Positions 25,901-40,900 of a stretch of 64,000 nucleotides of DNA are shown one piece after another. Every line of letters begins with the position of its first letter. Positions within the stretch are counted from its first letter, which is position 1. The DNA is taken from assembly GCA_030265395.1 (NCBI GenBank), contig JARFYF010000052.1, positions 99,063,906-99,127,905 of the forward strand, given 5' to 3'. The notes below the pieces were generated by a model. The model did no database searches. It saw only the letters and a list, made by a program, of their open reading frames with translations, and was not told where the DNA came from. A program made the position numbers and the translations under genes. Source of the stretch: Rhina ancylostomus. Lineage: Eukaryota.

Positions 25901-28900
25901 GTGGTGGATGTCGAGTCACTACTGCCTTCTGCTATGTTTGGTGTTGGTCTGATCTGAACTTCATTATAGCTGTCTCCAGTTCCAAATGGCAGTGGGCTTC
26001 TTAAACCTGTTGTAATAGCATGCTTTCTTCTTTTGCTTCCCCCTAGTTGTCTTTCTCTGCTTCTTTAAACTTATGACTCTAACAATGGGTATGGCGGTAA
26101 TGCAGCAGTTAAATTATAGGACCAGTAATCCAGATGCCTAGAGTTAAGAGAGATAGAATTTCAAACTCCACTATGGAAACTGTGTATTTTAAACATAATT
26201 AGTAATCTTGAATTTGGGAAACAACTGGTATTAATAATGGTGCCCACAAAAACCATCAGATTGTCATAATAACCCATCCAGTTCATTAATATCCTTTAGG
26301 AAAGGAAATGTGCCATCCTAATTATGTGCAACTCCAGGCCTACAGGGTTAACTGTTAAATTCCTTAGGAAATGGCTGTGCAAGCTACTCAGTTGTACTAT
26401 TACTGGTACATTCAAAGAGAGGAAAAGAAAACCAGATGGACCACTCAGCACTAACCCAGGCTCTGAATTTGGATATCACAGACCCTTCATCATGGCTGGA
26501 GCTAAATCCTGGAACTCCCGATACAACAGCTCTTTAGAGTACCTTCATCAGAAGGACTGCTGTGGTTCAAAGTGGCAGTTCACCACTACCCTCTCAAGGG
26601 CAATTAGGAATGGACAATAAATGCTGACCTTGCCAGTGATGCCCAGATCCAAACAAAATGACTGTGGCATGTGGCCAGTTGCAGGTCAAATCAAACTGGA
26701 GAAGATATTTGTGAGAGATTAACAAACTTTGAATGTCTGCCAAACATGTACAGACTAAGCAGAGCACACTGATCACAAGGTCAACTAGCACTTCGTGCTA
26801 ATTTAATGCCAGTTGTGACATTCTGGTCTTCAGTGTTCCTTTTATTTGCTAAAGATTTCCTGCAGAGCTATTTAGAGTGATTATCAACCTTTTTCAGATT
26901 AGGTTCTGATTTCTTTTGGTACAGTGTAGTTATACATCTTTGATGCTTTTTTTTAAGCTATTTCTAGCCTGAAAAGCCCACAGGAAATATTGTACCATGT
27001 CCATAGGAAGTAATGTGCTGACTTAAGGATGCTGCACAAACCATTTGCTTTTAGATATGGTTCCTCATGTGGTACAATATGGCTGGGTCATGCAGACCAG
27101 GTCAAAAAACTGAAAGACAGAAGTAGTCAAATGCAGAAGCAACTCCTTTGCCTACCAAGGCCGCACCAACATTTTACACTAATTTTACATTATTTTTACC
27201 ACATTCAGATCAACTTACACCAGATTCTACCACTCACCTGCACACTATTGGCAATTTACAGTGGCCAATTAACCTACCACACTTTTGGAATGTGGGAGAA
27301 AACTGGTACACCTGGAGTATACCTATGCAGTCACAGGGAAAAGTCCAAATTCTTCACAAACAGACCGGAAATCAGGATTGAATCTCCAGGTCATCTGAGC
27401 TGTGATGAAGCAGTTCTTCTAACTGAGGTACAGTGCTGCCAAGATTTTACGTAATTACTTGAATCTTAATTCTCTCACTGTCATGTTCGGATTTGAACAC
27501 AGGTCTCCACCTCAATAGACAAGGCCTCTGGATACCAGCATAGTAACTTAACCACTGTACTACTGTACCAGTGGAGAAGCAGTAGGATGAGAAAGAGGGA
27601 AGAGGTACTCAGCTCGAGGAAATATCCATCCAGAAGCTCATATCTACCCAGATGCTCAGGGAGCTTTTCTCTTACATCATCCACAGCAAGAACAACATAC
27701 TGTCTTTTTCCATTTGTTAGCATAATACCTGCATTGTCAACATGACCATGGCAATGAACTTGTGCATTAATCACAATCTCGCAGAAGCCAAGATATTAAA
27801 GATCATAGAAATTTATGGCATGGAAAGAAGGCCGAAAGAGAGCTGTTTCTGTAAATCCCACTTCTTAGCTCTTGATCTGTAGACTTGTAGTTCACAGCTC
27901 AAGTGCTTGTCCTGAGGGCTTTTTGTTACATTACCATTTCTGATGGTGAGCTCCAGATCCCTGCTCCTTACCCTACTGCACATTTTCCTCAAATCCCCTT
28001 TGATTCTATTTAAATTAAATCTAAGTTCATACATAATAACATTGTGGCCTAAGGAAATAAGTCCTCTTGGTTGCCCTGTTTAGGCCTCAAACTTCTATAA
28101 GTTTTAAATACACCTTCTCTCAATCTCCTTTGTTCCAAAAAAAACAACCCAAATCCAAGGGTTAGATGAAAGGGGTTGAAAAAAGTCAGATAGCTAAATG
28201 GCCTATTCTGGATTGTAAAATTGATGTAAATCAATCAAAGATTTGGAGGTTGGATATAATTTTTAAAATTATGAAGAGTTTAAAACAGTAGATTTGGAGA
28301 CCATTCGTGGCCAAGCTTAGTATATAGGTACGCAAGTAGAGAACAGCTGCCACTGATCAAATGGACAGGAATTAATTTTGTAAGAACTTGGAACTTACTT
28401 CCTTGGATCCTTGGATGCATTTAATGGGATGTTTAATGGTTATAATAAAGAGAGCAGCATGGAAGAGCTACTAAGAATTGAAGGAATGACCTGTTTTTGT
28501 AGTGTGGGTTATAAGTAAACTAAACCAAATTATTTTCTGAAACTTCACAAAAATGATCATTTAGCTGAACATATCTTGCTCCTTTCCACCCCTAATTATC
28601 ATTTCACATCTATAAAATAGATATCAGAATTATAATTTGTGTTAAACATTGATTATCTTCAAAAATTAAGAAATTACCTATCACTTTATAATCTGAAAAG
28701 TCTGTTGTCAAAATTGGAACTATTTCCCTGAAAATGAGTTAGTGGTGTCTTCAGATTAATAGCGTTTGTTCTTTTGCTCTTCGCACTTTTAGAGTCAGAA
28801 AAATTAGTCGCCATAACATGTTACCATCTTTTAAAAAAACTTATGTAGCCCATATGAGGAAATCGATATTTTAAATACTACTTTCAATTAAAAGTTCTTC

Positions 28901-31900
28901 CCATCTCAACCACACCTTTCAAACATAACCGACTACTTTTATGAGACAATATACTGGCCTTTCAGAAAGACAATTTCCAACTTCTACAGCAGCTACCACA
29001 ATGGCTGATGAATGAATTAAAGCAATAAAAAAAGAATTTCTGATATAACCAACATTGGAATCCCTGTCATTTCAACAAAATTTGTGCCCTTCAGCCAGAA
29101 AATCAAGAAGAATCAATGTAAATACAAAACAGAATGATATGGATAACTTATTGCTTTAGAACACAAAGTCCTACCTCCCTTGTTCCAATATCTTGTGTTG
29201 TCTTCATCATTATTGTTTTTACAGGGGTCCTGATTTGCCTTCAAAAGTGCTTTAGCTACTTGAAGCACAACACGATCAGTGAAATCCCTAGGCAAAGTAG
29301 CACAGTTCCTAATTTTTTGTGCTTTCTCTCTAGGTTGGAAACCAGCCAACCATACGCTGGATACAACTGAATCTACTTCAGCAGAGGTTCCTTGCACCAT
29401 AGAATGTTCAACACTGGAACAATGTGTCATATCATGAGCGAACAGTGAAGAAGTAATCGTTTCACTAAAATGATTAGTTTCTGTCCTCAGAGTAAAAGAA
29501 CATCTTTGTCTAATATACTGTGTTCGTTCTTTATCCAATCTTTCTTCATTAAACACAGGATATGTTCTTTGATTACCAATCAAGCAAACCTACAAGAACA
29601 AGAAAATGCAAATAAAGTAAATTTATCATAATATTACTGATTTTCCACCATGAAAGGCAGAATAAACAAGCTGCTTTTAAATCAATGGAGCCCAAAATGT
29701 TTAGAATAGAAATATTTATTCCTAGTGCAAATCTGTTGATTGCACCCATTTCAAGATTGTATAAAAAATGTAAAATGTTTAAGGCAATATATTCTTGCCT
29801 TAACATGTCATTGCAATGTATCCCAGCATATGGTGATTATCCATATACAAAAATCTGCCCTGTAGAACATATTGAACAACGTTAAGATGCNNNNNNNNNN
29901 CCATGAGGTTCAAAACGTCAGCACTGGCATCAAATTAGCATTTCATGCTGATTGACTTCACGATCAGTGTGCTCTGCTTAGTTTGCACACTTTTGGCAGA
30001 CATTCAAAGTGTGTTAATGGCCTCACAATTATCTTGCCTGATGTGATTTTCAATGTGTACATGCCGTTTTTTTTATTTTTACTTCATTGTTATGCTTTCA
30101 ACTGTCGAGGCCCTGAGCTCCAGAATTCTTTTCTTAAGCTTCTTCACTTCTCTAACTCTCCTTCCTCCCTTGTTACTCTTTAAAGACAACTTATTTGGTC
30201 AAGTCTTCCCTAAATCTTTTGTTACATCCTAAGAAGTGCCTTGGGATATTCCTGCTGTAATAAATAAATTATATAAATAGATGGTGCTGTGGTTGTAATG
30301 TGATTCTGTAAAGGCATGCTGGAAACTTTCATAGAACAAAGAATGCAACACTACTATTGACTGAAATTCAAGAATTCTGTGAATAATTCCAATGAAGGAA
30401 TACAGCACAAAACATTTTTACTGTTTTTACATCAAACACAAATACATGAAATTTACAAGGCAGCAATAATATTTCTCCATAAATAATTCAGCCTGTTCGA
30501 TAAATTTGTTTGGTATTTTCAGATTTTAATGCATTTGTAATAAAAAATTTGGATAACAAGAGCATTATAAAAGCACTGTATGGCATCTTAACAGTTAATT
30601 ACTGGAAGATTTGGATTATGAACACAAGAAACAAACATAAGCCACCTGGCCTCTCCTACCATTCAATATGATCATGGCTGATCTCCTCTTCTGCCCCAGT
30701 TCCGCATAGCCTTCAATTCCCAGATCTTTCAAAAATTTATCTACTTCCTCTTTAAATGCCTCCAGTGATATAGCTCTCACAACCCTCAAGAGATTCACCA
30801 CCCTCAGTAAGAAAGAAATTCCTATGCAGCTCAGTTTTAAATGATCACCCCCTTATCTTGTAACAAGGTACCCTCCATTGGAGACTCTCTCACTAGTGGA
30901 AACACTCAACATTTATCCTGCAATGCCCCTTTGAATCATATGTTTCTGATCACCCCTCATTCTTCGAGATTCCAAAGAGTACAGACCTAACATTTTTAGC
31001 CATCATGACATGCTTTGACTGTCAATATCTCCACCAACCGTATTCAAAGTTAGAAAGAGGGACGAGCCCATGAAAAAAATTAAGCACAATAAGAATTTTA
31101 AATATACCATTAGAAACTATTATTGCCAAGCAATGTCCTTTAAGCTATTCAAATATATTGGTATTCTACTATTGATTAAAAGTGTGATTAAAATCAGGCT
31201 TTTTTTTAAATTTCACAAATAATCCTAAAATATTTAACTATTGTTCCTGAAGAGCAAATAAAATTAATAAGAAACTCACCACAGATGTTTATAGTATTAA
31301 CGTAATTTTGAAATTTTGAAGTCAATATTGTAAAGTTCATGAAAAATCTATGATAAAAGACAAACACAGAATATATTTACTGCAGAAAAAAATCATTTTC
31401 ATACTTACCCGTTTTGTAGATGGAATTCGAAGGCAGTCTTCCTCAACTTTAAAACCACATACAGAGCCCACTTCTGTAATGAAATTCAGGTATGCCCTAT
31501 ACTGTGTGTTTGTGGTTTCCCTTCGACAGTATTTTCCATGGAAATCATAGAAGCAACAAGGCAAGACAAAGTAGCGACATGAATAAGATGACCTGAGGCG
31601 TAAAATTAAATAAATTCCTCTGAGCCTTTTACCTTTGCAAATGTTTTGAAATCGTATCATGTATACTACCAATTAAGCTCGTCACAACCAAATGATTGAA
31701 CTGTTCAGTACTTATTTGCAATTAAGCCTGTATCATTAACTTATTTTGTTACAACATGGATATTAAAGCATCAGAGCTGAAGCTTGGGTGATGAATCAAT
31801 ACACTTGCATCTGTGCTGGTAATCTAGTTCTGTAAAAATTTCTTCACATTGGAAAAATGAAGATTATTGATATAAAGAGAAAGATTGGAACTTTAAAAAT

Positions 31901-34900
31901 AACACTGCTTTTAGTACATCTTTTTAATTATTTGTTTAAAAAGATATACCAAATGCAGTCTTATTTGCAGTACAAGATACTGCAAATTGAACTTAATGTA
32001 TGCATATTTACTAATATGTACAGGGGAAGAAAAACCATAAAAGAAACCAACTTTATTGGGTTAATCAAAATTTTTGAAATAAAATATCTGATTACCTTGC
32101 TGCAACAACAGGAATCCATGGTGTAAGCTCATCTGAATGGTTGCCAATTAGCCAATCCACATCAGGAAAAAGGAAATCATCACTTGGAGTAATGGTACAT
32201 TCCTATTAAAATAGCAGTTTATTATATTTTGATCTTTTTTCAGCAACTTCAATTGTCTACCAAGTTTTACATTGTTATGTGATGATGGAGTACTGTCTGC
32301 TATCAAGGTGCAATTCTAACATCTGCTGGTTTTTCAAGATCAGGATCACTCAGTTTTGGGGACTACTCCAACCACTGATATTAAGCCACTAGGAATAGGT
32401 GAAATAGAAATTAGTTGCAGCAGACATAAAGCCTGAGAGTCGTTGGAGCTGCACTCATTCAGACAATTGGATAGTATTCTGTTACATTCTCAATTTGTAG
32501 ATGAGGAGATGGCTTCAGGACATCAAGTGGATCAGTTTCCACAAGATGCAGAGCTTCTGACCTACCCTTGCAACCACAAAATCTACGAGGTCACTCTAGG
32601 TGAGTTTCTGATCAGTGTTGACCCCCAGGATCTAGATAGTGGGGGATCTGGCAATAATAATGTCACTTAACATCCAGGTAGTTGAATAAAATCTCTCTTG
32701 TTAGAGATTGTCATTACCTGGCACGTTCATGGTACAAATGTATTTGGCATTTATCCACCCATGCCTAAATTTTATCTAGGTGTTCTCCATTAAAGTACGG
32801 ACAAGTTTGGCTGCTTAAGAGTTGCAAATGTGCTGTCATCAATGAACATCCCCATTTCTGGTACTGCTATGGAAAGTCATTGATTAAGCAGCTGAAGGTA
32901 GTTGGGCCTAGGATTCTGCCCTGAGGAAACCCTGCAGTGATATCCTGTGGCGAGGATGATTGACCTCCAACAACCATAACCATTTGCCTTTATGTGAGGT
33001 ATGACCCAATCATTGAAGTGTTTTCCCTTTGATGCCCAATTACTTTTTTTTAGAAAAGGTGTCTTGATGCTTCTTCTCTTATTTAAATATTGCTTTGATA
33101 TTAGAGGCAGTCACTCTCAACTCACCTCTGGGATTCAGCCCTTTGGTTCAAGTTTGATCTAATTGACTATGGACTGAAAGTTGGAAAGTGGGATTAACCT
33201 GAAGCTCAATTTTGCTTGGCATTGGCTCAATGGCCATTTATAAATTTCTATGATTCTATGAAATTTGAGGATAAGGAACAGGTGGTTCGGTTCATAATAA
33301 AGAGACGTGGCATAACTCTGTCAAATTTAAGTCATCACCATCATATGGATTGTAAACAGCCCACATTGCCTGTTTATCCTCCACAGATTGTTCCAGTGTT
33401 CAATTTTTGCTGACCACACCTACATTCTTTGCACCTGAGAATGATTTGAGTATTTGTGCAGTTTTACATTGTTGGGGTAACCAAGGACTGGATGAAAACT
33501 GCACATTTTACGTTGGACTTCCAGAATTACATAAAATCTACATCCCTTTCTACCATGACACAGAGATCTGTGCTTTGTAAATATTTATTGGAAAAGTTCT
33601 GAGGTCTGTGGTGACCTCTGTATTCCTGCTACTTCAAAGAAGAACTGTTTAGATACTTAAAGTATAATTTTTAAGGATTATCAACACAAAACCTAAAACA
33701 ACTATACTTACTTCATCATTTATCTGACTGAATTAGGCTTTAAGTTTCCACTTATTATTACAGTAGAAAATAACCACTATAGTAATGAATTTAATGTAGA
33801 AGCAGATTTAGCAGCTTTATGGGAAAGGAACATAGAGTAATCAATTTGAGTTTTACCTCAAGGTGCGTCTGTGGACCATACATGTCCCATATCTTCCGCT
33901 TTCTCACATCTATACCTCTGCCAGGGTGCTAAAAGGTGAAATGTGCAATTTTTTATGCAAACATTATTGCCACTAGCTTCTTTGCACAATTAGTTTTTTT
34001 GACGGCAACAATCAAAATCATTCAACCACATTTTATGCATTTCAGACTGCACAACTTTAAAATTTATGACAATGGTATTGCATAGATCAATACTTAGAGC
34101 TTAAAAGTGGCCATTCACCATAATATTTTCAGTCAGTGCAGACTATAAAGCAGATACAGGGAATTCCTATATCTCGTTAAATTTTCAAAACTATGTAGAT
34201 TGTAAAATTCAGTAAAAATTCTAGCCTTAAAGAATTTCAGTTCCATTATTTTTCTTATTAGTAGTCCCCTCAGTCAATGGCATTATACCACTTCCAATAA
34301 TATTCCAAGGCTCACTGGATGTTTGAGACTGGGGTCTTGCTTTAACTTCTCTCAGAAATTTATGAGGCAGTTCCTGTAGACTACTGTTATTCTGGCTGAC
34401 ATTTACTATTTCAGAAAATTCTTACCAGTAGTTTTCTAGTTCTATAGTATAACTTTCAAAGCTGTTACTCTATAGAACTTGTCCATTCACTTTCTTTCAA
34501 TAGGAAGGCATGTGCAAATAAATTGGCCCAGTTTCTTACAAATTTTTAACTAAAATAGTAAGATTAGACAAGTAGTTCTTTTAACTGAAAGAAGCTTGCA
34601 CATGACCTGGAAACATAAATCCTGAATGAGTAAATTTATACCCCAAAAGTTTTAAGCACACCGAAGTTACTAATTCTTATGTTTTATAACAATATTTAAA
34701 AACATTATTTTTGCTTGTCAAGATCACACTTTACTGTTACACTGATTGTTTTTTTTAAAACATACATAACTAAAAAAAGCTGTGGCTTAGCCAGCAGTTT
34801 TGTTTTCAGCTGTCATGGGAGAGTCTTGTTATACCCCTGCTTTCACATGATGACATTTACAAATACAAGGCAATACTATTGCACTCAACCTTACCAATGA

Positions 34901-37900
34901 GGATCAAACCAGCTTGGGAATGCAAGTTGACAATAGCAGATTCGAAAGCAAAAGCTCTTAAAGCTCACTGCTGAGAGGAAATTCAGGCTATTCAGTAGGC
35001 ATAGGAAGGTTACACTGTTCAACTCACTTGTGCAGTGAACTAGATAACAGAGTGAGATTTTCACACATCTTTCAGAAAAGCAGTGTAGCTTGAATTAAGG
35101 AATCCAGATTTTCACATTTAACTATGCTTCCAATTTGTGCATAATCAACAGTGAGCAGTGCTAGCCTACTCACCATCATTTTACAGCAAAATCCAACTCA
35201 TTATATTAATTTTCAGCTGTTGTACCTTTTTTTACTGCTCTCTCAATTTAACAAATCAAGTAGAGATACGTCTTATTAAATGTCCAGGCATCAAGGTGTA
35301 CACAGAAGTTTGTCAATGGACTACAAAATTAATAGCTTAACCCAACACTAAAATTTTCTTAATTGACAAAAATAAAAATAATTTATTCTGAAATGATCTG
35401 CTTACATCATTTTTATGTGAGGAATTTCAAGAACTATAGAATGATAGGATGTTCTATTGTGAGTCTTATATATAGCAGACATCTTTAAGTAACATTCTAT
35501 TACCAAGTATTATTAGCTCAAATTCATTTACCCCTTCATTAGTCAGGATATGAACCAGTAATCTATTTCCACATCCCAAATCTATAAAGGACTGTTTGTC
35601 AGTCAGGCCTTTTTCAACACGCTCATCTTCCCAAAGAATCTGAAACATGATAAAAGACTTTCATTTTTTGCAGGGAAGTGAACTATATTTTAATAGAAAT
35701 AAACCAAAATATTAATGCAACATGTATGCTGCAATCCTATTATATGAGACAGCAGAGAATGTCTTATCATCACTCAATATTGTTCATAAAGTGGCATTTT
35801 TCCATACCCATATTAATCAAATATACTTCAGGATTGGTAAATTAGAGTAACCTAATCATCTTTCAAGCCTGTTTTTCCACTTGATCATAGCACACGTGTA
35901 CCTCATCCACTTAATCATTATTACTCCAAATTCTTGGATGTCCTTAAAAAAATATAAGCTATCACCCAGTCTTGAAAATTTCAGTTGGCTCAGCACTCAC
36001 AGCCTTGAGTGAGTGTTCTTTTTAGGCAGAATTTTTTTCCTAATTTCACTCTTAAATGCAGCAGTTCAAATGTTATTAGGTTCTCTTTGTTCTGGGTTTC
36101 CTACTAGGAGGCACAAACCTTCTGCACCCATATTACTGAATTTATCATTTTAAACATTTTCAACTTTCATCAGACCATTTCTCAACCACCTAAACTTATT
36201 GCAAAATATATTAGTTTATGCAACTTGAGCAACAAACAATCTGCTGGAAGAACTCAGCAGGTCGAGCAGCATTTGTGGGAGGAAAGGAGTTTTCTACATT
36301 TTAGGTCGAAACCCTGTATCAGGATGGATGCAGGGTTTCAACCAACATACTGATTTTTTTTTTGAGGTTGTGCTGTCCAAAAGTGAATACACAATGTAAG
36401 ATAGGAATCTGACCAAGGCTAGCTATGAACAGAAGTATCACATATTCACTTCCATAATTTTATGTTTGCCCTGACAGTGCATTAATGATGCTATTTGAAA
36501 AGGTGTAGAACTGCAAAATGAAGCTTGTAGGATGTGAAATAACTTTAGTCTACGGTGACCCATATGACATTAACGCAGTCAGTTGTAGCACTAATGTCAC
36601 ATTATTTCATTTTTGATTGATGTCATAGGAAACTAAAATCAAGTCTGAGCTAATAGACATTTCCACATGGGCAAGTTGGGTTAATGTTTTTGTGCCAATG
36701 TTTTTCATGATTTTTCACTAAAAAAACAGGAAAATGTGCATTTGCTGATATATCTAAGAGGAAACTAGTATTCCTCCAATGCATTGCTCTAACTGGAGCA
36801 ATAAAAAGGTGAAATAAGCTGAGTTTATTGATACACTGAGAGTTGCACCTATGGGGAACAAAAAATATTTCATGAGAGCAGATCCTTTAACTTACAAACT
36901 TGTATGGTCAGCGGTATAAACATTTATCTGTTAAATTATGTTTAATTTTTCAGTGATTATTGTGTGAAATTTGTAAAGAAAAATCAATTTTGGAGCTTGT
37001 TTTAAATTCAGTGTCATGTGCTATTATTTTTATTAATATAGTTTACACTATTTCCTGACTAGATGCCAAGGCTAGACTTATCACAGCACAGGAACTACTT
37101 CATCCAAATAGGGAGGAATGACTGTGGCACCAACTATTAAGAAATATGGATTTTGAATTAAGTTCAGTAAAATGTTTTTTTACTGAAATGTTTTTTTGAA
37201 GAATTATTCTTTTTANNNNNNNNNNNNNNNNNNNNNNNNNNNNNNNNNNNNNNNNNNNNNNNNNNNNNNNNNNNNNNNNNNNNNNNNNNNNNNNNNNNNN
37301 NNNNNNNNNNNNNNNCAGTAAAATGTTTTTTTACTGAAATGTTTTTTTGAAGAATTATTCTTTTTAGCTTTTTAAAAAAATATTTTAATTACTTATAGAC
37401 CCAAAGCCTAACCACTGTGCAGGGCCTCACTCTTGAGGACCTGCCTCACATTGCAGGAAGTTGACACCAGTGCTGGTGGCTCAGCACTGTCAGGAAGTTC
37501 TGGTCCAATATTTCATTCACGTTAGTGTTCAATTTGGTCAACATAATTTTATGATTGGGAAACAGTATTTGACAAATCAACTTAGCTTTTTTGATAAAGT
37601 GAGTAATTGGTAAGATAGATAACGAGAGTCACTAGCATATTTGGAGTTTGAAAAGCCAAAGGATCACTCACAGCTATTTAGCATCACCATTACTAACTTG
37701 GGGATATTTTCATGTTTTCCCAACAATAGGCCATTTTGGAAAATGATCTGCAAAGATGAAATGACTACCAGTTAAATGACTACACAAAGTGGCAGATAGA
37801 ATATAATGATGAAATTGTGAAATTAGCCATGATAGCAGGAAGAATGGTAAATGTTTTGTTTTAAAGATGAAAGTCTAATAAATATTGGTACTCAGAGCAA

Positions 37901-40900
37901 ACTGACGTCCTCATGGATGAATCAGAAAGAACTGACATTCAGATACAACACAAAAATCAGCAGAACAAGTGCAGCTATTTTGAGGAGAAACCAAGTGTAA
38001 TACACTTGCTGAATTAGAAAAGTTTAGAAGAATTGGTAATGTGATTTCATTGATTTTGTGGAATAGAACAGCATAAAATACAGCAGATACAAAATTTATT
38101 AACTCCTTCACATAAAGAATAACATGACTGCCTATTTGAGGAAAGGACTGAAAATTCTAGAAAAAATGAATTAATTAGAGATATTTGATTCAATGACAAA
38201 GGAATGCAAACACAAAAACATCCACTATGGAATTCCCTATATTTAAGGTAAAATCCCCCAGTTCTATGAAGATACCTCTACAATTACACCTACAGTACTT
38301 GGTTAACACTACATACATGTTCCCCCATCCCTCAAACGTGATCTGAGACTTTCCTTATAGACTTTATATGAAGTCCATCAGTTATGATTAGGCACAGGAT
38401 TTTCTGCCTGACTCATGATCTTGACAAACACTAATCCCCTAGCACATACTAATGTATAAATTATTTTTATAAATGACCACAATCCTCTCCAGGGGCAAGA
38501 TATCTAAATTCATGAAATTCAAAATATTACCCTACCAATAAGTATGTTGCAATGGCGACATCTTCATAGACAAATTTTTCGGGATTTGTAACTTCAGGCC
38601 AAATCTAATTAAAATTGAAAACAAAATACATTAGGCAAGTGCCAATACAAAGCAACTTTAAAACACTTGATAGACACAGGCAAGGAGTTTCCACTGGGGG
38701 TATTTAGATTTTGTGCAAGTTACTTAACTTTGCCCAAATTGCCATAAAGAACTTATTAATACAAGTCAAAACAGAAAATCACCCATGAATCAGCTCAAAT
38801 GAGGAGCTTAAAAGATTCTTGATTGAATAGACCATTCTGCAGGATCACTAAGGAGAGGGATTGCCAAGAAATGAGGCTTTTTTCTCAACTCTGACTTTTT
38901 AGTGTGGTAAGACCACTCTTCGAGTACCGTATTCATTTCTGGTCACCGCATTATAGGAAGGACATGGAGGCGTTAGAGAGGGTGCAAAGGAGATTTACCA
39001 GGATGCTGCCTGGATTAGAGTGTATAAAATATGAGGAGAGGTTTAAGGTGCTAGGGCTTTTCTCACTGGAGAGGAGGAGGATGAGGGGAGACAATGNNNN
39101 NNNNNNNNNNNNNNNNNNNNNNNNNNNNNNNNNNNNNNNNNNNNNNNNNNNNNNNNNNNNNNNNNNNNNNNNNNNNNNNNNNNNNNNNNNNNNNNNAGAT
39201 GGGCGGATGCACCACGGTGGGCTGAAGGGCCTGTATTGTGCTGTATTGTTCTATGGTTAAACCAACTTTGATTCACTGCATGATGCCTAATAATGTGATC
39301 AGCAGTCAAGTGAAGCCACATATTTGTCCCGCTGTGCTTTAATTCTAATATGATATATTTTAACAATAAGTGCTTTGAAAAGGTACTATGCTAATACAAC
39401 ATCTTGCTTTCTCTTATAAAAATCAAAAATGATAATTATAAAGATGCTTTAAATTCATATTTGCTACAAGAAAACAGAGTTTGAAAATTTGAAATCTTCC
39501 CAGGGCAACCTTCACTGCCATTTCCACTGAGGAATGTTCAGGATGAACCTCCATCTATAAACATTTTTATCTGCATCAAACAGAATAGAGATTTCCAGAA
39601 TGGAAGTCTTCTTTATGTTGATCTATGAATTTGATGACATGTTAGTACATCCAGCAAGAGAAGGCCTATAAACTGGCTTAGCTTGAATCACAGAGAAAAA
39701 TAAACATTTGTCTCTATCACAAAGAACTACAAATAAACAAGGATTTGAGAGGTCATTTCTGAAGATATTTGTGCCTGCTTATTTTATGGTCCTTGTTTTG
39801 GGTATAATTTATGTAGCATATCCTATAGGAATAATGTAAAAGTATATACTGCATTTTTATGAAATGAAGTGGCAAATGACAATGTTCCACAAAATTAATT
39901 CAAGTATACACACACCAAGGTTATTATTATTTTCAGTTTTTTCTCAGAATTGTACCTTGACTATTTCTTTGTATTTCGCTTTCAAATTATGGTAATATTC
40001 ACTATATTTTTCCACAGAAATGAGAGAAAGTGTGTTCTTAAAATAACTCTTCTTGCTCTCCGTAGACCATTTCACAATCTTTGTAAGCAAAACATCTGTA
40101 AGCCATGCTGTTTTGGGATACAAAATCCCGTCTGCATCCCATTCTTCAGGGTACAATATGGAAATGGAAATAAACCTTTAACACAGGATTTAAAAACTGT
40201 TAAGCATTACACAAACACTGAAGATAATAGTACTTTTAAGATGAAAACAAGAATTTAAAAAAATCTGCAGATGCTGGAACTCAAACACAGACAAGTGTTA
40301 TGTTGCAGTTAAAGTGGGGCAGGGATAGATATAGGACAAAGGAAATATCTATGATAGATTGAGGCCAGGGCTGCTGAGAGGATGAGTTGATAATGGACCC
40401 AGTTGGAGGGTGTCTAAGAATTGTGATGTGTGGCAAATAGCATACTAATTGATAGAAAAAAACTAAACCAATATGACAGATGGGCAACTGACAGCAGAAA
40501 TGGCCATTTTGATATAGAAAGCACATTTTTGGAAGTTGGAGAGTTCAATATCAAATCTGGAAGGCTGCATCTTACCCAAGTGGAAGATGAGGTGCTGTTC
40601 CTTAAACTTGCAATAGGCCTCATTATAACAGTGCAGGAGGTCACAGGCAGGTAGGTCAGAGTAGATGTGTGGTGGAAAATTAGTGTGGTATACAACAGGA
40701 AGCTCACAATCATACTTATAGTCTGAATGCAGGTTTCTCCGATGCAGAGGATACCACTATAACACCACACAGGAGACCACCATGTTCAGCTTCTTGTTGC
40801 CTGCCACCTTAATTCTTCAACTGACCTCCACTTAAACATCTCCATGCCTGACCTGCAATGCCTCCATTTTCTCTTTTAGTTCAAGATGAAAACAAGTTTG

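Noticed and set aside
26661-26688. Peptide TVACGQLQV resembling the next ARNT2 exon end (LVAIGRLQ|V)
   Set aside because: Only a few residues match, the upstream part is SINE tail, there is no acceptor and the donor is weak; probably chance.
32279-32378. GTGATGA...CTGA pair resembling a C/D box snoRNA
   Set aside because: Antisense to the host gene, no convincing terminal stem and no recognisable guide sequence.
37165-37366. 51-bp direct repeat flanking a 100-N gap
   Set aside because: Identical sequence on both sides of a gap is a typical scaffolding overlap artefact, not a biological repeat.
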